Shown in pieces: positions 1 through 15,914 of a stretch of DNA of 64,000 nucleotides. Position numbers and translations under genes: made by a program. The DNA is taken from UHGV virus genome UHGV-0144373. One strand, 5' to 3'. Source of the stretch: a virus. The first letter of the stretch is position 1. Every line of letters begins with the position of its first letter. The notes under the pieces were generated by a model, which had not been told where the DNA came from, did no database searches, and saw nothing but the letters and a program-made list of their open reading frames with translations.

Positions 1-2
1 GT

Positions 3-5395
<5,393 letters not shown>

Positions 5396-5397
5396 TA

Positions 5398-6570
5398 ATG
5401 GCAGTAGGTGAAATTCAAATTAGTGCCTTGCCTCAAGCAGCCTTACCAATTGACCTTAGTGATATCTTCCATCTTAAACAGGGTATTGAGGATAAGAGAT
5501 GTACTCTTGAGCAATTACTTGCTCCACACTCAAACCTAAGAAATAACCCTCATGGTGTTACTAAAACACAAATTGGTTTAGATAATGTTATTAACGCTCT
5601 TCAGTTAGTTGCTGCAAATAACTTATCAGACATTGTTAATGTAGCTGAGGCAAGAGCAAATCTACAGATTATGTCTTCAGAAGAGGTTAATAATCTTGTT
5701 CAACAGCATATTCAGGACAAGAGTAACCCGCACAATACAACTAAGGCACAGGTAGGGTTGAGTAATGTTCAGAACTGGACAACATCTAACCTTTATAACG
5801 AAGATGCAGATAAGTACGCTACAGCAAGAGCAGTAAATAACTTGTACAAGGCTGTTCAGGCTTCCTATCCAGTAGGTACTATCCATCTTTCCATGAACTC
5901 TGCAAACCCTTCTACATATTTAATTTGTGGAGGAACTTGGGAGTTAGTTTCAAAAGGTAGGGCATTGGTTGGTTATGACTCTAATGCAAGACCAGCAGGC
6001 TCTGTATTTGGTGCTTCAACTGTCACTTTGTCAGTTAATAATATGCCTCAACACTCACACTCTGTATCTCTTAGTGGTGGTGGTCACACTCATAATGCAA
6101 CTGTATCAATTTCAGCTTTTGACTATGGGGCTAAGACTACTAACTCTTTTGACTATGGAACAAAAGCTACTAACACAACTGGCAACCATACACACGGTGT
6201 GTCAGGCAACACAAGTTCAAATGGTACTCATAACCATGATGTGTACCCTAGAGAAGCTGATGGTACTGGTAATGCTGTAGCTGACTCTGATGGTGGCGGT
6301 GCAAGAAGGACATCAAGAACCTCTAGTGACGGTGCACACTCACATAGCTTTAGTGTTACATCTGGTGCATCCGGTGACCACAGCCACACAGTCGGTATTG
6401 GTGCTCACAGCCACACAGTCGGTATTGGCTCACATACACACAGTGGTACTGTGACAGTCTCTTCTTCTGAGCATACACATAGTGGTAATACGAATAGTGT
6501 TGGTGGAGGTCAGGCAGTTAATATTGAACAGCCATCCTTCGTACTGTATGTATGGCAGAGAACAGCTTAA
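5398..6570 (+). CDS. tail fiber protein with C-terminal His-x-His repeats
   Basis: C-terminal half carries repeated GxHxHS/HSHTVGIG motifs of the kind that coordinate metal in phage fibers such as T4 gp12/gp37; the C-terminal region is shared with the next gene. Confidence 0.6.
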   Translation: MAVGEIQISALPQAALPIDLSDIFHLKQGIEDKRCTLEQLLAPHSNLRNNPHGVTKTQIGLDNVINALQLVAANNLSDIVNVAEARANLQIMSSEEVNNLVQQHIQDKSNPHNTTKAQVGLSNVQNWTTSNLYNEDADKYATARAVNNLYKAVQASYPVGTIHLSMNSANPSTYLICGGTWELVSKGRALVGYDSNARPAGSVFGASTVTLSVNNMPQHSHSVSLSGGGHTHNATVSISAFDYGAKTTNSFDYGTKATNTTGNHTHGVSGNTSSNGTHNHDVYPREADGTGNAVADSDGGGARRTSRTSSDGAHSHSFSVTSGASGDHSHTVGIGAHSHTVGIGSHTHSGTVTVSSSEHTHSGNTNSVGGGQAVNIEQPSFVLYVWQRTA

Positions 6571-6580
6571 TTTCTTTACA

Positions 6581-6600
6581 GGGGCTTTATAGCCCCTTTT
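6581..6600 (+). terminator. weak intrinsic terminator
   Basis: Hairpin GGGGCTTTATAGCCCC followed by TTTT. Confidence 0.4.
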
Positions 6601-6616
6601 AAGAGGAAAATTTATA

Positions 6617-8971
6617 ATGGCAGATTACAAGTTGAGTGAGTTAAACTCGATTGACACAATTCGTTCAGACGACCTCCTTCATGTCAGAGTTAAAAAGAGA
6701 CCTGAAATGCTGGGTGATGAAGACCGTCGAATGACCTATCAAGACTTCTTAGCATCTTTTAAACTTGAAAGATTTGTTCAGATTGCTGGTAGCACTATGA
6801 CTGGTGACTTAGGGATTGTTAAGTTACTTTATGGTGGTAAGGTAGTCTTTGACCCAACAGGTTCTTCTGAGATTACTATTGGGGATGTTTTAAAGACTTT
6901 TAAAATCAACGCAAATGGCCTTAAACTAACTATTGCAGATGCTTCAAGGTCAGCAACTGTTTATCATACTCTGAATAAACCAAGTCCTAATGAGCTTGGC
7001 ATGAGAACTAATGAAGAGAATGATGCGAGATACTCAAGATTAGCTGTGAATAACACCTTTAGAGGTACTCAATCTATTCTCTCTGACAATGAAGCCTTTA
7101 TTATTAAGAATATTACACAAGGGACACCGCTATATATTCGTGGCCAAGATGCAGATGGGACTAACAGATGGTATCTAGGTAATGACCTTAAAGGTACAAA
7201 TAACCTTGTATTGAAGAATGTAAAAACTGATGTTTCAATTGCTATTTTAGAAAATTTGGTGACAGTCAATAGAACTCTTCAAATCGCTGGTCAAGTTCAG
7301 CCTTCAAGTTTTGCCAACTTAGATGCTAGATATTTTACCCAGACAGCAGCTAATCAGAGATTTGCACAGTTAGCTGGTGATAATACTTTTAGTGGCGTGA
7401 ACACATTTAACCAGACTTTATCAATTTTGACGAATAGCGGAGCCTTAAGGTTAAAAAATACTGTAGCAAATGGCGCACTGTACATTAAAGGTGAAAGTAG
7501 TGATGGCTCTGGTAAGTGGTATGTAGGTAATGGCGATAATACACCTGCTGTATTAATCCACAACTATAAGTATGGCTCTAATCTTAGACTTGATGATGGT
7601 TATGTTGAAGTTAACAAGCAGCTTAGGGTTGTTGGTCAAGTTCAACCTTCTGATTGGACTAACATTGACTCTAGATATATTCCAGCAGCTACTTTGAGTA
7701 GTCTTGCTAAGATTAATGTGGCAAACACTTTTACAAATGTGCAGACTATTGTATCTAACAATGAAGGTCTAGTATTGAGGAACTTAACACAGGGAAAGCC
7801 ACAATATATCCGTGGTGTTGATACCCAGAATGTATCTAGGTGGTGGGTAGGTGTGGGTGGCACAAATTCTACTGATGTGGCATTAAACAACAGCTACTCT
7901 GGGACTCAAATTACTCTTATGCCCTCAGCGATTAAGGCTAATAAGAATCTAACCATTACTGGTCAAGTACAACCTTCTGATTGGTCTAACTTAGATGCTA
8001 GATATTTCTTAAAAACAAAACTGTTAAACCAACCTTTAATGACAAGGACAACTAATAGATTGGATGACCCATCAGCATTCAATAAAGATTATTCAGGGTT
8101 TGTAAGAAACAATGGTATTGAGCAGGGTCTGAAAGATTTAGCCATCCATGTCGCACATTCTGCTGGTATTGCTCATGCCAGAGGTATTGCTTTTACCTAT
8201 GGGTCTAAAGGTCTTGATGTCTTCACATATGCTTATGGGCCAGATGGAGCATATGTTGGAGAGGCGCAGTTGTATTCAACGGCATTTAAACCAACCCCTT
8301 CAGGTATTGGTGCATATACTAAAGCTGAGACTGACCAGAAGATTGCACAGGCAGTAAGTGACTCTACAGACCTTAATAAAATCTACCCAGTTGGTATTGT
8401 AACGTGGTTTAACAGTAATGTTAACCCTAACACAGCGTTGCCTGGGTTAACTTGGACGTACCTGAACAATGGTGTTGGTAGAACTATCAGAATCGCAGCA
8501 GCAAACGGTTCAGATGTTGCTACAACTGGCGGTTCAGATTCTGTAACGTTAGCTGTTGGTAACTTACCATCACATACCCATAGTTTCTCTGCTACCACTT
8601 CATCTTTTGATTATGGTACGAAGGGAACTAACAGTACGGGTGGACACACTCACTCTGGTAGTGGTTCTACTAGCACAAATGGTAACCATACTCACTACAT
8701 CGCGGCATGGAACGGGACTGGTGCAGGTGGTAATAAGATGTCATCGTATGCCGTAGCATCTAGGGCGGGTGGGAGTAACACTGATGCAGCAGGAAACCAC
8801 AGCCACACTTTCTCTTTCTCAACTGACAATACTGGCGCTCACACACACTCTGTAGGTATTGGTGCTCACACTCATACAGTTAGTGGTAACACTGGTGGTA
8901 CAGGTTCTGGTTCAGCATTTAGTGTTACTAACCAGTTCTATAAGTTAATGGCTTGGGTAAGAACTGCTTAA
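6617..8971 (+). CDS. long tail fiber protein
   Basis: 784 aa; three internal modules each ending in a GQVQPS(D/S)(W/F)xN(L/I)D(A/S)RY motif; C-terminal HxH repeats matching those of the 5398-6570 product. Confidence 0.65.
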   Translation: MADYKLSELNSIDTIRSDDLLHVRVKKRPEMLGDEDRRMTYQDFLASFKLERFVQIAGSTMTGDLGIVKLLYGGKVVFDPTGSSEITIGDVLKTFKINANGLKLTIADASRSATVYHTLNKPSPNELGMRTNEENDARYSRLAVNNTFRGTQSILSDNEAFIIKNITQGTPLYIRGQDADGTNRWYLGNDLKGTNNLVLKNVKTDVSIAILENLVTVNRTLQIAGQVQPSSFANLDARYFTQTAANQRFAQLAGDNTFSGVNTFNQTLSILTNSGALRLKNTVANGALYIKGESSDGSGKWYVGNGDNTPAVLIHNYKYGSNLRLDDGYVEVNKQLRVVGQVQPSDWTNIDSRYIPAATLSSLAKINVANTFTNVQTIVSNNEGLVLRNLTQGKPQYIRGVDTQNVSRWWVGVGGTNSTDVALNNSYSGTQITLMPSAIKANKNLTITGQVQPSDWSNLDARYFLKTKLLNQPLMTRTTNRLDDPSAFNKDYSGFVRNNGIEQGLKDLAIHVAHSAGIAHARGIAFTYGSKGLDVFTYAYGPDGAYVGEAQLYSTAFKPTPSGIGAYTKAETDQKIAQAVSDSTDLNKIYPVGIVTWFNSNVNPNTALPGLTWTYLNNGVGRTIRIAAANGSDVATTGGSDSVTLAVGNLPSHTHSFSATTSSFDYGTKGTNSTGGHTHSGSGSTSTNGNHTHYIAAWNGTGAGGNKMSSYAVASRAGGSNTDAAGNHSHTFSFSTDNTGAHTHSVGIGAHTHTVSGNTGGTGSGSAFSVTNQFYKLMAWVRTA

Positions 8972-9050
8972 TCCCTCGTTGACTGATTGCTAAGATGGTG
9001 TTAATATTCTTTATGGGTATTCTCACCATCTTGGCTGATGAGGTGATTAA

Positions 9051-9245
9051 ATGCCTACAATCCTAGCAATTCTTCTAAAAAATCTAGGTAGCTTCTTCTG
9101 GAAACTCATTTTATCCCTTCTAAGTGAATACATGATTGAGAAAGTGTTCTTTAGGCTTGCAAGATATCTTGCGAGTAAAACAGACACACCTATTGATGAT
9201 GAGTTCGTAGATAACTTAGAAAAAGCTTTTAAGGGGGAGAAATAA
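9051..9245 (+). CDS. small hydrophobic protein
   Basis: 64 aa with a hydrophobic N-terminus; GAGGTGA upstream of the ATG. Confidence 0.4.
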   Translation: MPTILAILLKNLGSFFWKLILSLLSEYMIEKVFFRLARYLASKTDTPIDDEFVDNLEKAFKGEK

Positions 9246-9611
9246 ATGAAGTGGTTAGAGGAAGCTTATAAAAATAATATTGGTGCAATTGTTGTTGGTA
9301 TTTTTAGTGTTATTGGGATGTATACCACCATGCAAGTTTCAAGTGGTAAGCAAGAAGTGTCTGTCACAACAAAGTTACAGCAGCTAGATAATTATTCCAA
9401 AAGTAACTATTCAGCTATTCGTGATTTACAGTCTGACATGAGACTGATTCAGCTAGGGATGGAGAACCAGAAAGTTCAGTTAGAGAATGTTAAGGGTGAA
9501 AACGCAAAACTTACCAAAACTCTTGATAAGTTCTCTGACAGTGTAAATAATCTGGCTCAATCAGTATCAGCCCTCCAAGCTATTACTGAGAAGAACACAA
9601 AAGAACACTGA
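9246..9611 (+). CDS. membrane-anchored coiled-coil protein
   Basis: One N-terminal hydrophobic helix (IGAIVVGIFSVIGMY) followed by a heptad-like polar segment. Confidence 0.4.
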   Translation: MKWLEEAYKNNIGAIVVGIFSVIGMYTTMQVSSGKQEVSVTTKLQQLDNYSKSNYSAIRDLQSDMRLIQLGMENQKVQLENVKGENAKLTKTLDKFSDSVNNLAQSVSALQAITEKNTKEH

Positions 9612-9623
9612 AAATAAAATTTT

Positions 9624-9657
9624 AAGGCTCCTTTTTACGGGAGCCTTTTTTGTTTTT
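9624..9657. terminator. bidirectional intrinsic terminator between convergent gene blocks
   Basis: Hairpin GGCTCC-TTTTTAC-GGGAGCC flanked by an A-run on one side and a T-run on the other. Confidence 0.7.
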
Positions 9658-10555
9658 ACTTACCTACTGACAAAGGTGCTTCAATCTTCCCTGCATGTTT
9701 GTAGTTGTTGATGCCACCAATAAAGTCACTTGCAGTAAGATGTTTTAAATCACTTAGAGTGTTAAGCTGTACACCAATCTCAAAAGTAGGTGCATGGAAC
9801 TCTTCATTGCTCATCAGTTCATAAACCTGCTTCATGTGGTTCTGATAAATCTGAGTGTCTCCAAAGACACCTATCAAGTATCGTGGCGTGTATCCAGTCA
9901 TCTTACAAAGAACTTCTAGAATAAAACCATAAGATGCAATGTTAAATGGAAGTCCTAAAAAGGTGTCTACAGAACGTTGATACCATTGTAAGTCAACTTC
10001 ACCTTCGTTAGTGATATAAATCTGAAACAGAACATGACAAGGTGCTAAAGCCATCGAGTTAGCTGCAATATCTGCTGCATTCCAAGCATTAACAAGCATG
10101 TAGCGGTCTGTAATATCACCTTTCATCTTCGTTACTAAGGTTTCTAACTGGTCTACAACACAACCATTATGACCTTCAAAGTTTCTCCACTGAACCCCGT
10201 AGATTCTTCCACCTGCATCTTCTAACCAATCTTGTTCAGAGGAATAGTTAGAGCTTAACCAGCGTTTAAAATCATCTGACCAGATAGTCCAGCGTTCTCC
10301 ATCATTTTCACCCCAAGTACGGTAACGGAGTTCACCAAGTTTATTCTCACCATTCAGGAACCATAAAGCTTCCCCAATAACTTGCCGTGTAAACACCTGT
10401 TTAGATGTTAAGAGTGGAAAACCAGTCCTCATATCGAAGCGAAACTGTGGTGGAGCAAATGTAGAGATAACATCTCCAGTTCGTGTAGTACGCAGTTCAC
10501 CAACTGATAAAACATGGTTCAGGATATTTTTGTAACTTGAATCTGCTTGTGACAT
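9656..10555 (-). CDS. thyA: thymidylate synthase
   Basis: ThyA signatures: RTGxxxxSxFG-like N-terminus, FPLLTSK, LWFL, YGVQWR and the active-site segment ALAPCHVLFQ. Confidence 0.9.
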   Translation of the reverse strand: MSQADSSYKNILNHVLSVGELRTTRTGDVISTFAPPQFRFDMRTGFPLLTSKQVFTRQVIGEALWFLNGENKLGELRYRTWGENDGERWTIWSDDFKRWLSSNYSSEQDWLEDAGGRIYGVQWRNFEGHNGCVVDQLETLVTKMKGDITDRYMLVNAWNAADIAANSMALAPCHVLFQIYITNEGEVDLQWYQRSVDTFLGLPFNIASYGFILEVLCKMTGYTPRYLIGVFGDTQIYQNHMKQVYELMSNEEFHAPTFEIGVQLNTLSDLKHLTASDFIGGINNYKHAGKIEAPLSVGK

Positions 10556-10556
10556 A

Positions 10557-11102
10557 TCAAAAGTGTCCTTTTACTTGTGGAACATAAATTTCAAAGGTTG
10601 CTTTACCATCATCTGAGGGTCTTGACTGTACCTTTGCAAATACACGGTTATCATACAGCTTCTCAAAGAAGTTTTCAAAAGGTAAATGCACAGTGGCCTC
10701 TTCAGTAACTTTATGGAAAACAGTATGGAACACCACACCAGCATACGGTAAAGCATTGACAAGGACACCTGCACCACCAATTACAAAGACATCTTCATCA
10801 ATAGAGCTATCAAGATACTTCAAAAATGCTCCAAAGGACTCTTTACTAGCCTTAGCATACATTACATTGTCTTTGTCAAAGTCTATACCCAAATATGGAA
10901 CAGAGTTCGTTAAGACGAGGTTTGTACGTTCTGGTAATGGTTTACTACCCAGAGTCTTAAAAGTTTCATTACCCATAACTACCAAGTTGTCTTTAGTGAG
11001 TCTCTTAAATTCTTGCATATCTTGCTTATGTCGAGGCCACGGCATACCAGTTGGAGTACCAAACTCCCCATTTTCACCACTTGCAAAGATTAATTTAATC
11101 AT
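10557..11102 (-). CDS. folA: dihydrofolate reductase
   Basis: N-terminal IFASGENGEFGTPTGMPW and VIGGAGV motifs typical of DHFR; adjacent to thyA as in T4-type phages. Confidence 0.85.
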   Translation of the reverse strand: MIKLIFASGENGEFGTPTGMPWPRHKQDMQEFKRLTKDNLVVMGNETFKTLGSKPLPERTNLVLTNSVPYLGIDFDKDNVMYAKASKESFGAFLKYLDSSIDEDVFVIGGAGVLVNALPYAGVVFHTVFHKVTEEATVHLPFENFFEKLYDNRVFAKVQSRPSDDGKATFEIYVPQVKGHF

Positions 11103-11359
11103 TTTGTAAACCCTTTCTTAATGAACCAGTTGATAACATTCTTCACAGCTTTATTGCTATGGTAGACTAAGTTTGGTGTGGGTTGGTATGAACCATAAGC
11201 CCAGAAAGCAATGATTTCATTACATCCTGTACACCTTGTACTCTCTTCAGCAATATGACCGTTGACTATTTCACTTACCTCACCTTGTAAGTCTGTACAC
11301 CCACAATGTGGACATCGGATAGGTGTTCCATCAGACTCATAGCAGTGTTCAATTTTCAT
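11099..11359 (-). CDS. zinc-ribbon protein
   Basis: CPHCGC and CTGC cysteine pairs. Confidence 0.45.
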   Translation of the reverse strand: MKIEHCYESDGTPIRCPHCGCTDLQGEVSEIVNGHIAEESTRCTGCNEIIAFWAYGSYQPTPNLVYHSNKAVKNVINWFIKKGFTK

Positions 11360-11875
11360 CTATTTAACCTCAAAAACTGGCTCAAGAACCAATATAAAGT
11401 CTACACAGTCATCTTCTTCATCCAGAATACCATCAAAGTTCTTAGGAACGAAGTCGAAGAGGCTCATAACAAAACAGCCAGAAGCAACCTTTATAGTTCC
11501 TCCCATGTTCTCTACAGTTAACACTGTACGACTTTCTTTTACCTCCCTCAGAAGATTACCCACAAAGTCATCTAAGAAGTACTTCATCAATGACTTAAAA
11601 CCTTTAGGGTAATCTGTACCAGAGTATGTTTCAATCTGCGGTACAAGCTTAACATTTATACTAGTCTTTGTTAAGAACGTGTTAGAGAACATACTATCAG
11701 GTAGCTTACAAACAGTCTTTCCAGTACCTTCATGTTCAATCTCAACAAAACCAGCTTCATCGCCACATGTAACTATTTTAAAAGATGCTTCATTCTCATA
11801 CTGTGAAGCCATAAACTTTTTAAGCACCTCTTTAAGGAAATCTGCATGAGCATCTTGTAAGAAGATATCAATCAT
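11360..11875 (-). CDS. hypothetical protein
   Basis: 171 aa ORF packed in the - strand operon. Confidence 0.45.
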   Translation of the reverse strand: MIDIFLQDAHADFLKEVLKKFMASQYENEASFKIVTCGDEAGFVEIEHEGTGKTVCKLPDSMFSNTFLTKTSINVKLVPQIETYSGTDYPKGFKSLMKYFLDDFVGNLLREVKESRTVLTVENMGGTIKVASGCFVMSLFDFVPKNFDGILDEEDDCVDFILVLEPVFEVK

Positions 11876-11888
11876 AGTTAATCACCTA

Positions 11889-12164
11889 TTATAGGGACAA
11901 GCACTTAATGTCATCGTTTTTGAAAACAAAACTTGTGTAGTTATGACCGTCAACATCCAGCCAAACAGCCTGAACATCTACACCATCAAGATTCTGGTAA
12001 AGCTCTTTGATGAAGTGGTCTTTCACAATCTGGCTACTAGTGGTTTCCAGCTTAATGTTCGAGATTGCTGAACCTACAGCCATATAACCCATGACACGTC
12101 TCTTCTCAGTATGCTTAATCTTACCATCTTTGTAAGCCATAATGAGATTGGAGAGAATCTTCAC
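11889..12164 (-). CDS. hypothetical protein
   Basis: 91 aa ORF. Confidence 0.4.
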   Translation of the reverse strand: MKILSNLIMAYKDGKIKHTEKRRVMGYMAVGSAISNIKLETTSSQIVKDHFIKELYQNLDGVDVQAVWLDVDGHNYTSFVFKNDDIKCLSL

Positions 12165-12248
12165 ACCATAATACTTTCAAGGTGAGTGGGTACGCCATAA
12201 AAGCCTAATGCGAAGTTTTCAGAGTGAATAATGTTTTCACGTTTCATA

Positions 12249-12578
12249 TTAATCTGCCAACCTTAAATTGAAATTAACACCAAATTTTTCACACACTTCC
12301 AACATATACTCAAGGGAAACATTCCCAGTGAGGTGGATTATGTTGGATACACGAGCCTGAGAGATACCACAAATTTTAGCAACTTGTTCTTGAGAAAGAC
12401 CTCTGGATTTAATCTCTCTCTTAAAACGATGTGAAACGAAGTCTCTCATTTCGTCTACATCCATTGGACAAGTATAACTCTCCATTTCATCCTCTCTATC
12501 AGCCTCCCAATCATCTTGTGGAGCATAAGGGTCAAAAACCTCATTCATCTTTCTTCTTCCGTTTGCGTGAAGTGTCAA
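12249..12578 (-). CDS. putative HTH DNA-binding protein
   Basis: Helix-turn-helix-like segment LSQEQVAKICGISQARVSNIIH. Confidence 0.45.
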   Translation of the reverse strand: MTLHANGRRKMNEVFDPYAPQDDWEADREDEMESYTCPMDVDEMRDFVSHRFKREIKSRGLSQEQVAKICGISQARVSNIIHLTGNVSLEYMLEVCEKFGVNFNLRLAD

Positions 12579-12754
12579 TCAATGAATCTATGTTTGTAGC
12601 TCTAACCTTTTCACGTTCATCATTAAGATAATCATCAAGAGCCTTTTCAATCTGTGAATCATCTTGACAGATAACTGTAAAGACTGTAAAGCCGTCTGTA
12701 TCGTCAATTATCTTACCATAACCGCTTCTGGGATGTAACTTTTTAAGAGCCATA

Positions 12755-13138
12755 TCAAATACCTGTGCAGCTTCTGTTTTCTAAGAAATACTCAACACCA
12801 TACATAGCTTTTTGCATCAAATCTTCTTTAAACTGGATACGATGATTGAGCATAGCCTGTACATCAACATCATCATGGTGCTTCTCTTTAATATTTGCAG
12901 ATTGTAGGAAATACTCTGCAAGAACACGATACTGATAGTCAGTCACCTTATCAGTCATCTCTGTCAAAGACTCTTCAGAGATTGGTTTAAGTAACTCACC
13001 TTTAGATAGCGCAACACCTTTAACAATCTGGCAAGTGTCTTCTGGAACACCTGATAAGTCCACATTTGGAAGTTCTGTTGCATTGACTGGTAAATTCATT
13101 GCCATAACCATTGCAGCAGCTAATAAAACCTTTTTCAT
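12755..13138 (-). CDS. secreted/periplasmic protein with signal peptide
   Basis: N-terminus MKKVLLAAAMVMAMNLPVNA is a classic signal peptide; a perfect TATAAT lies on the - strand upstream. Confidence 0.5.
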   Translation of the reverse strand: MKKVLLAAAMVMAMNLPVNATELPNVDLSGVPEDTCQIVKGVALSKGELLKPISEESLTEMTDKVTDYQYRVLAEYFLQSANIKEKHHDDVDVQAMLNHRIQFKEDLMQKAMYGVEYFLENRSCTGI

Positions 13139-13566
13139 AATGACCTCAAAGTTATATTAAATTTTGTATTATATTGAGTATAAAAATAAGCTATAACACC
13201 TGACTTGTCAACAGATTTTATAGCTTATTTGGCAGATTTTTTATAAGGCTACTGCCATCCTTCCATACATTACCTTACCTTACCCGGCCTTACCCTACCA
13301 AACCCGACCGAACATTACTTAAAAACCCTCTTAGAAGACTCTTAAGTGATGCTGGTGAGTACCCGTTGGTTTATGCTGCTCAGTATACTCACCAAATTTT
13401 CTATGTCAACAACTTTTTATATAAAAGCCCTGATAGCTATATGTGTTACAAAACAGAAGATTGTGAACAAGACACCCATTGCAAAGGATGTGTCCAAAAG
13501 CTTACTTGTGATGTAAGACAACACAAAGATAACTAATGCAAACAGAATGATTGTACTTAACATAGT

Positions 13567-14670
13567 TTATTCATAATCCCTAATAACTAGCCCGACAGGG
13601 AACTGTAAAGAACCCTTACGAGTCATCTTCTGAAACTGAACCGTTAAAGGCTTCCCGATAAACTCTTCAGGATGTTCAGCAAGATACTGTTTCTTCTCGT
13701 GTGTAGTTTTCCATGAAACATCTACAAAGACGTTAGGAAGAGTCTCTACAACGAACTTGCCATGACCACGTTTATCAGTCTTTACACCAGTCACTTTAAA
13801 CTCTTCAGTGTGCATCTTCTTGTGCTTAATCAAGAAGTATGAACGGTGACCGCACTCATAGAATGAGTTTTCAGAGATTGAACGGTACATTGCACCTTCA
13901 AACTTAGCTTCAACCCACTTATCATGAGCTTCATCAAACTCTTCCCAAGAGTTAACACGACGGGATTTAACAGGAACAACTTTACAGCCGTCTCTAAAGT
14001 CATTCAATGGTGAAGTCTCAATAATATCTCTACGCTCAGGCCACGTCTTAGTACTGTCACAGATATCATACCAGTAAAACTTGAGTAAATGTCGGTCAGG
14101 ATTGTCTTCATTTTTAATCATGGAGACAATATCTTCTAAGTCCAACCCATGAGCATAGATTTCACCATCAAATTCATCAACATCTTTATGGAGCCTCAAC
14201 ATTGCCATAATGTCAGGTATTAGCTCAGTAGGAATTTTATAAATAGTGTTCTCACGAGAATATGCTGTAAATACACTGCCAATACTTAAGTGTCTTGAAA
14301 TTCTACAACGGACACCATCAAGTTTTGGTTGAGCATCAGCAGGGAACTTCAGATACTTTGCATGACTAACCTTTGCAGCATCATGAGCAAGCTGTACACC
14401 TACCTTCTCAGTATTCTGTGCAGACTCTTTTGTGTAAGCATAACCTTTGCGGTCAACTTGTTTCTTGTACTTAGCAGCAACTTCAAAGAGAGCTTGCTGT
14501 TCAGCGTTACGCTCATTCTTTTTACCGATGTTTTTAGGTTCTGCTGTATACTCTTCAAACATCATCTTGCCATTTTCTTTACCGTAGGTTGTAATAACTT
14601 TGTCACCTACAGCAGCACATGACCAGACGTTGAAGGAACCATCTTTATTTTGTTTGTACAGAATTGTCAT
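13567..14670 (-). CDS. lig: ATP-dependent DNA ligase
   Basis: Adenylation motif I KLDGVRC (KxDGxR) in a 367 aa product the size of T7/T4-type ligases. Confidence 0.8.
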   Translation of the reverse strand: MTILYKQNKDGSFNVWSCAAVGDKVITTYGKENGKMMFEEYTAEPKNIGKKNERNAEQQALFEVAAKYKKQVDRKGYAYTKESAQNTEKVGVQLAHDAAKVSHAKYLKFPADAQPKLDGVRCRISRHLSIGSVFTAYSRENTIYKIPTELIPDIMAMLRLHKDVDEFDGEIYAHGLDLEDIVSMIKNEDNPDRHLLKFYWYDICDSTKTWPERRDIIETSPLNDFRDGCKVVPVKSRRVNSWEEFDEAHDKWVEAKFEGAMYRSISENSFYECGHRSYFLIKHKKMHTEEFKVTGVKTDKRGHGKFVVETLPNVFVDVSWKTTHEKKQYLAEHPEEFIGKPLTVQFQKMTRKGSLQFPVGLVIRDYE

Positions 14671-14873
14671 TTTCTCTTACCACCAATTTCTACGTCAATA
14701 ACTTGAACATCGCCAGCAACATCAAACTTATGAATGATGCTTTCCACAGTGTAAGTCCAACCATCAATGCGAACAAACTCACCTTCTCGTGGGACGATTG
14801 GATTACGTTGAGCTACCGTTGTAGTGGAGTGAACAACATCATAACGATAGATATAGTTTACTAAGACTTGCAT
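14667..14873 (-). CDS. hypothetical protein
   Basis: 68 aa ORF translationally coupled to the ligase gene. Confidence 0.4.
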   Translation of the reverse strand: MQVLVNYIYRYDVVHSTTTVAQRNPIVPREGEFVRIDGWTYTVESIIHKFDVAGDVQVIDVEIGGKRK

Positions 14874-14882
14874 AGTTTTCCC

Positions 14883-15116
14883 TTAAAAGGCTAAGTCAAC
14901 ATCAATACGTTCACCCTTAAGGACTCCTGTACGGTCTCTTGCAATCTTCCCTTCAACAATAAGGATATGTGCAGTCTTTAAAGAGTCACTATTAAAACCT
15001 TTTACGAACTTACTAGGCATCACTACAATAAGCATCTCCTGAATCAACTCTGGAGTATAGCAGTTGTCGTGAAGTTGCTGAATAACGTCTGCAAGTGTCA
15101 TTTTTGATGTCTCCAA
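14883..15116 (-). CDS. hypothetical protein
   Basis: 77 aa ORF. Confidence 0.4.
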   Translation of the reverse strand: METSKMTLADVIQQLHDNCYTPELIQEMLIVVMPSKFVKGFNSDSLKTAHILIVEGKIARDRTGVLKGERIDVDLAF

Positions 15117-15307
15117 TACTCAATGTCAATAAGTTCTTGTGCAATGCTTTTCAGATTACCTTTCAAGAAAACCTTCTCAGAACCTGAAAGAGATGAGTTG
15201 TCAATTAACCTGTTCATCCTCTCAAACAACTTCTGTTTACGATTCTTGATAGTTTCCTTTGAAGCACCTTTCATCATTGCTGCATGGGTTCTTCCACGGT
15301 GGCTCAT
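15098..15307 (-). CDS. hypothetical protein
   Basis: 69 aa basic ORF. Confidence 0.35.
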   Translation of the reverse strand: MSHRGRTHAAMMKGASKETIKNRKQKLFERMNRLIDNSSLSGSEKVFLKGNLKSIAQELIDIEYWRHQK

Positions 15308-15347
15308 AGCAAACTCCTATATAAGGTACTCTTCCCTGAGCACCTTG

Positions 15348-15914
15348 TCAACTTAGTTTTGCAAACTCTCCGTGGAGTTTTACAGCAGCTTCGCAGTAAG
15401 CTTTATGGGCTTCTTCTGGTGTGTCATAGTAACCTAATGACATCTTTTTACCTTTATAGCTTATTTGTGCAACCCACCTACCAGACTTCTTCTTCAGACT
15501 TACACCCTTATAGCCTGATTTATTGGTGGATAGTTTGCTTTTATTCCAAGCACTTTGGTAGTCATCTGCTTCTCTTAAGTTTACAATCCTGTTATCAAGG
15601 GAGTCTCCATTAATATGGTCAATAACACCTTTCGGTAACCTACCATACACGTACAGCCATGCGAGTCTGTGTGCTTTATGTGCTTTCTTGTCAAAATAGA
15701 TAGTAATCTGCTTATGACCAGTTGAGTCAATCTGGATGCTCCCCGCTACCTGTCCTGCGTACTGACTATTAAAAACTTTAACAGCCTTTGAGTCGCCATC
15801 TCTACGAAGCCAAGTAAAGACCCCTGTTTCGGGGTCATAGTGTAGCAGTTCCTTTAAACGTTTTTGTGTAATCATTTTAATACCATCAATGTACCTCATA
15901 CCAACTTTTACCAA
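15348..15914 (-). CDS. HNH homing endonuclease with AP2-type DNA-binding domain
   Basis: HNH core DHINGDSLDNRIVNLREA and an AP2-like segment YKGVSLKKKSGRWVAQISYKGKKMSLGYY; overlaps the 3' end of the polymerase second segment. Confidence 0.7.
   Translation of the reverse strand: MVKVGMRYIDGIKMITQKRLKELLHYDPETGVFTWLRRDGDSKAVKVFNSQYAGQVAGSIQIDSTGHKQITIYFDKKAHKAHRLAWLYVYGRLPKGVIDHINGDSLDNRIVNLREADDYQSAWNKSKLSTNKSGYKGVSLKKKSGRWVAQISYKGKKMSLGYYDTPEEAHKAYCEAAVKLHGEFAKLS

Noticed and set aside
13349-13516. A 55-codon ORF in the 430 bp intergenic region between the signal-peptide gene and the ligase gene
   Set aside because: No ribosome-binding site, low-complexity hydrophobic product, opposite strand to the surrounding operon; the region more likely holds the promoter of the 12755-13138 gene (a perfect TATAAT on the - strand) and a CCTTAC-rich tract.
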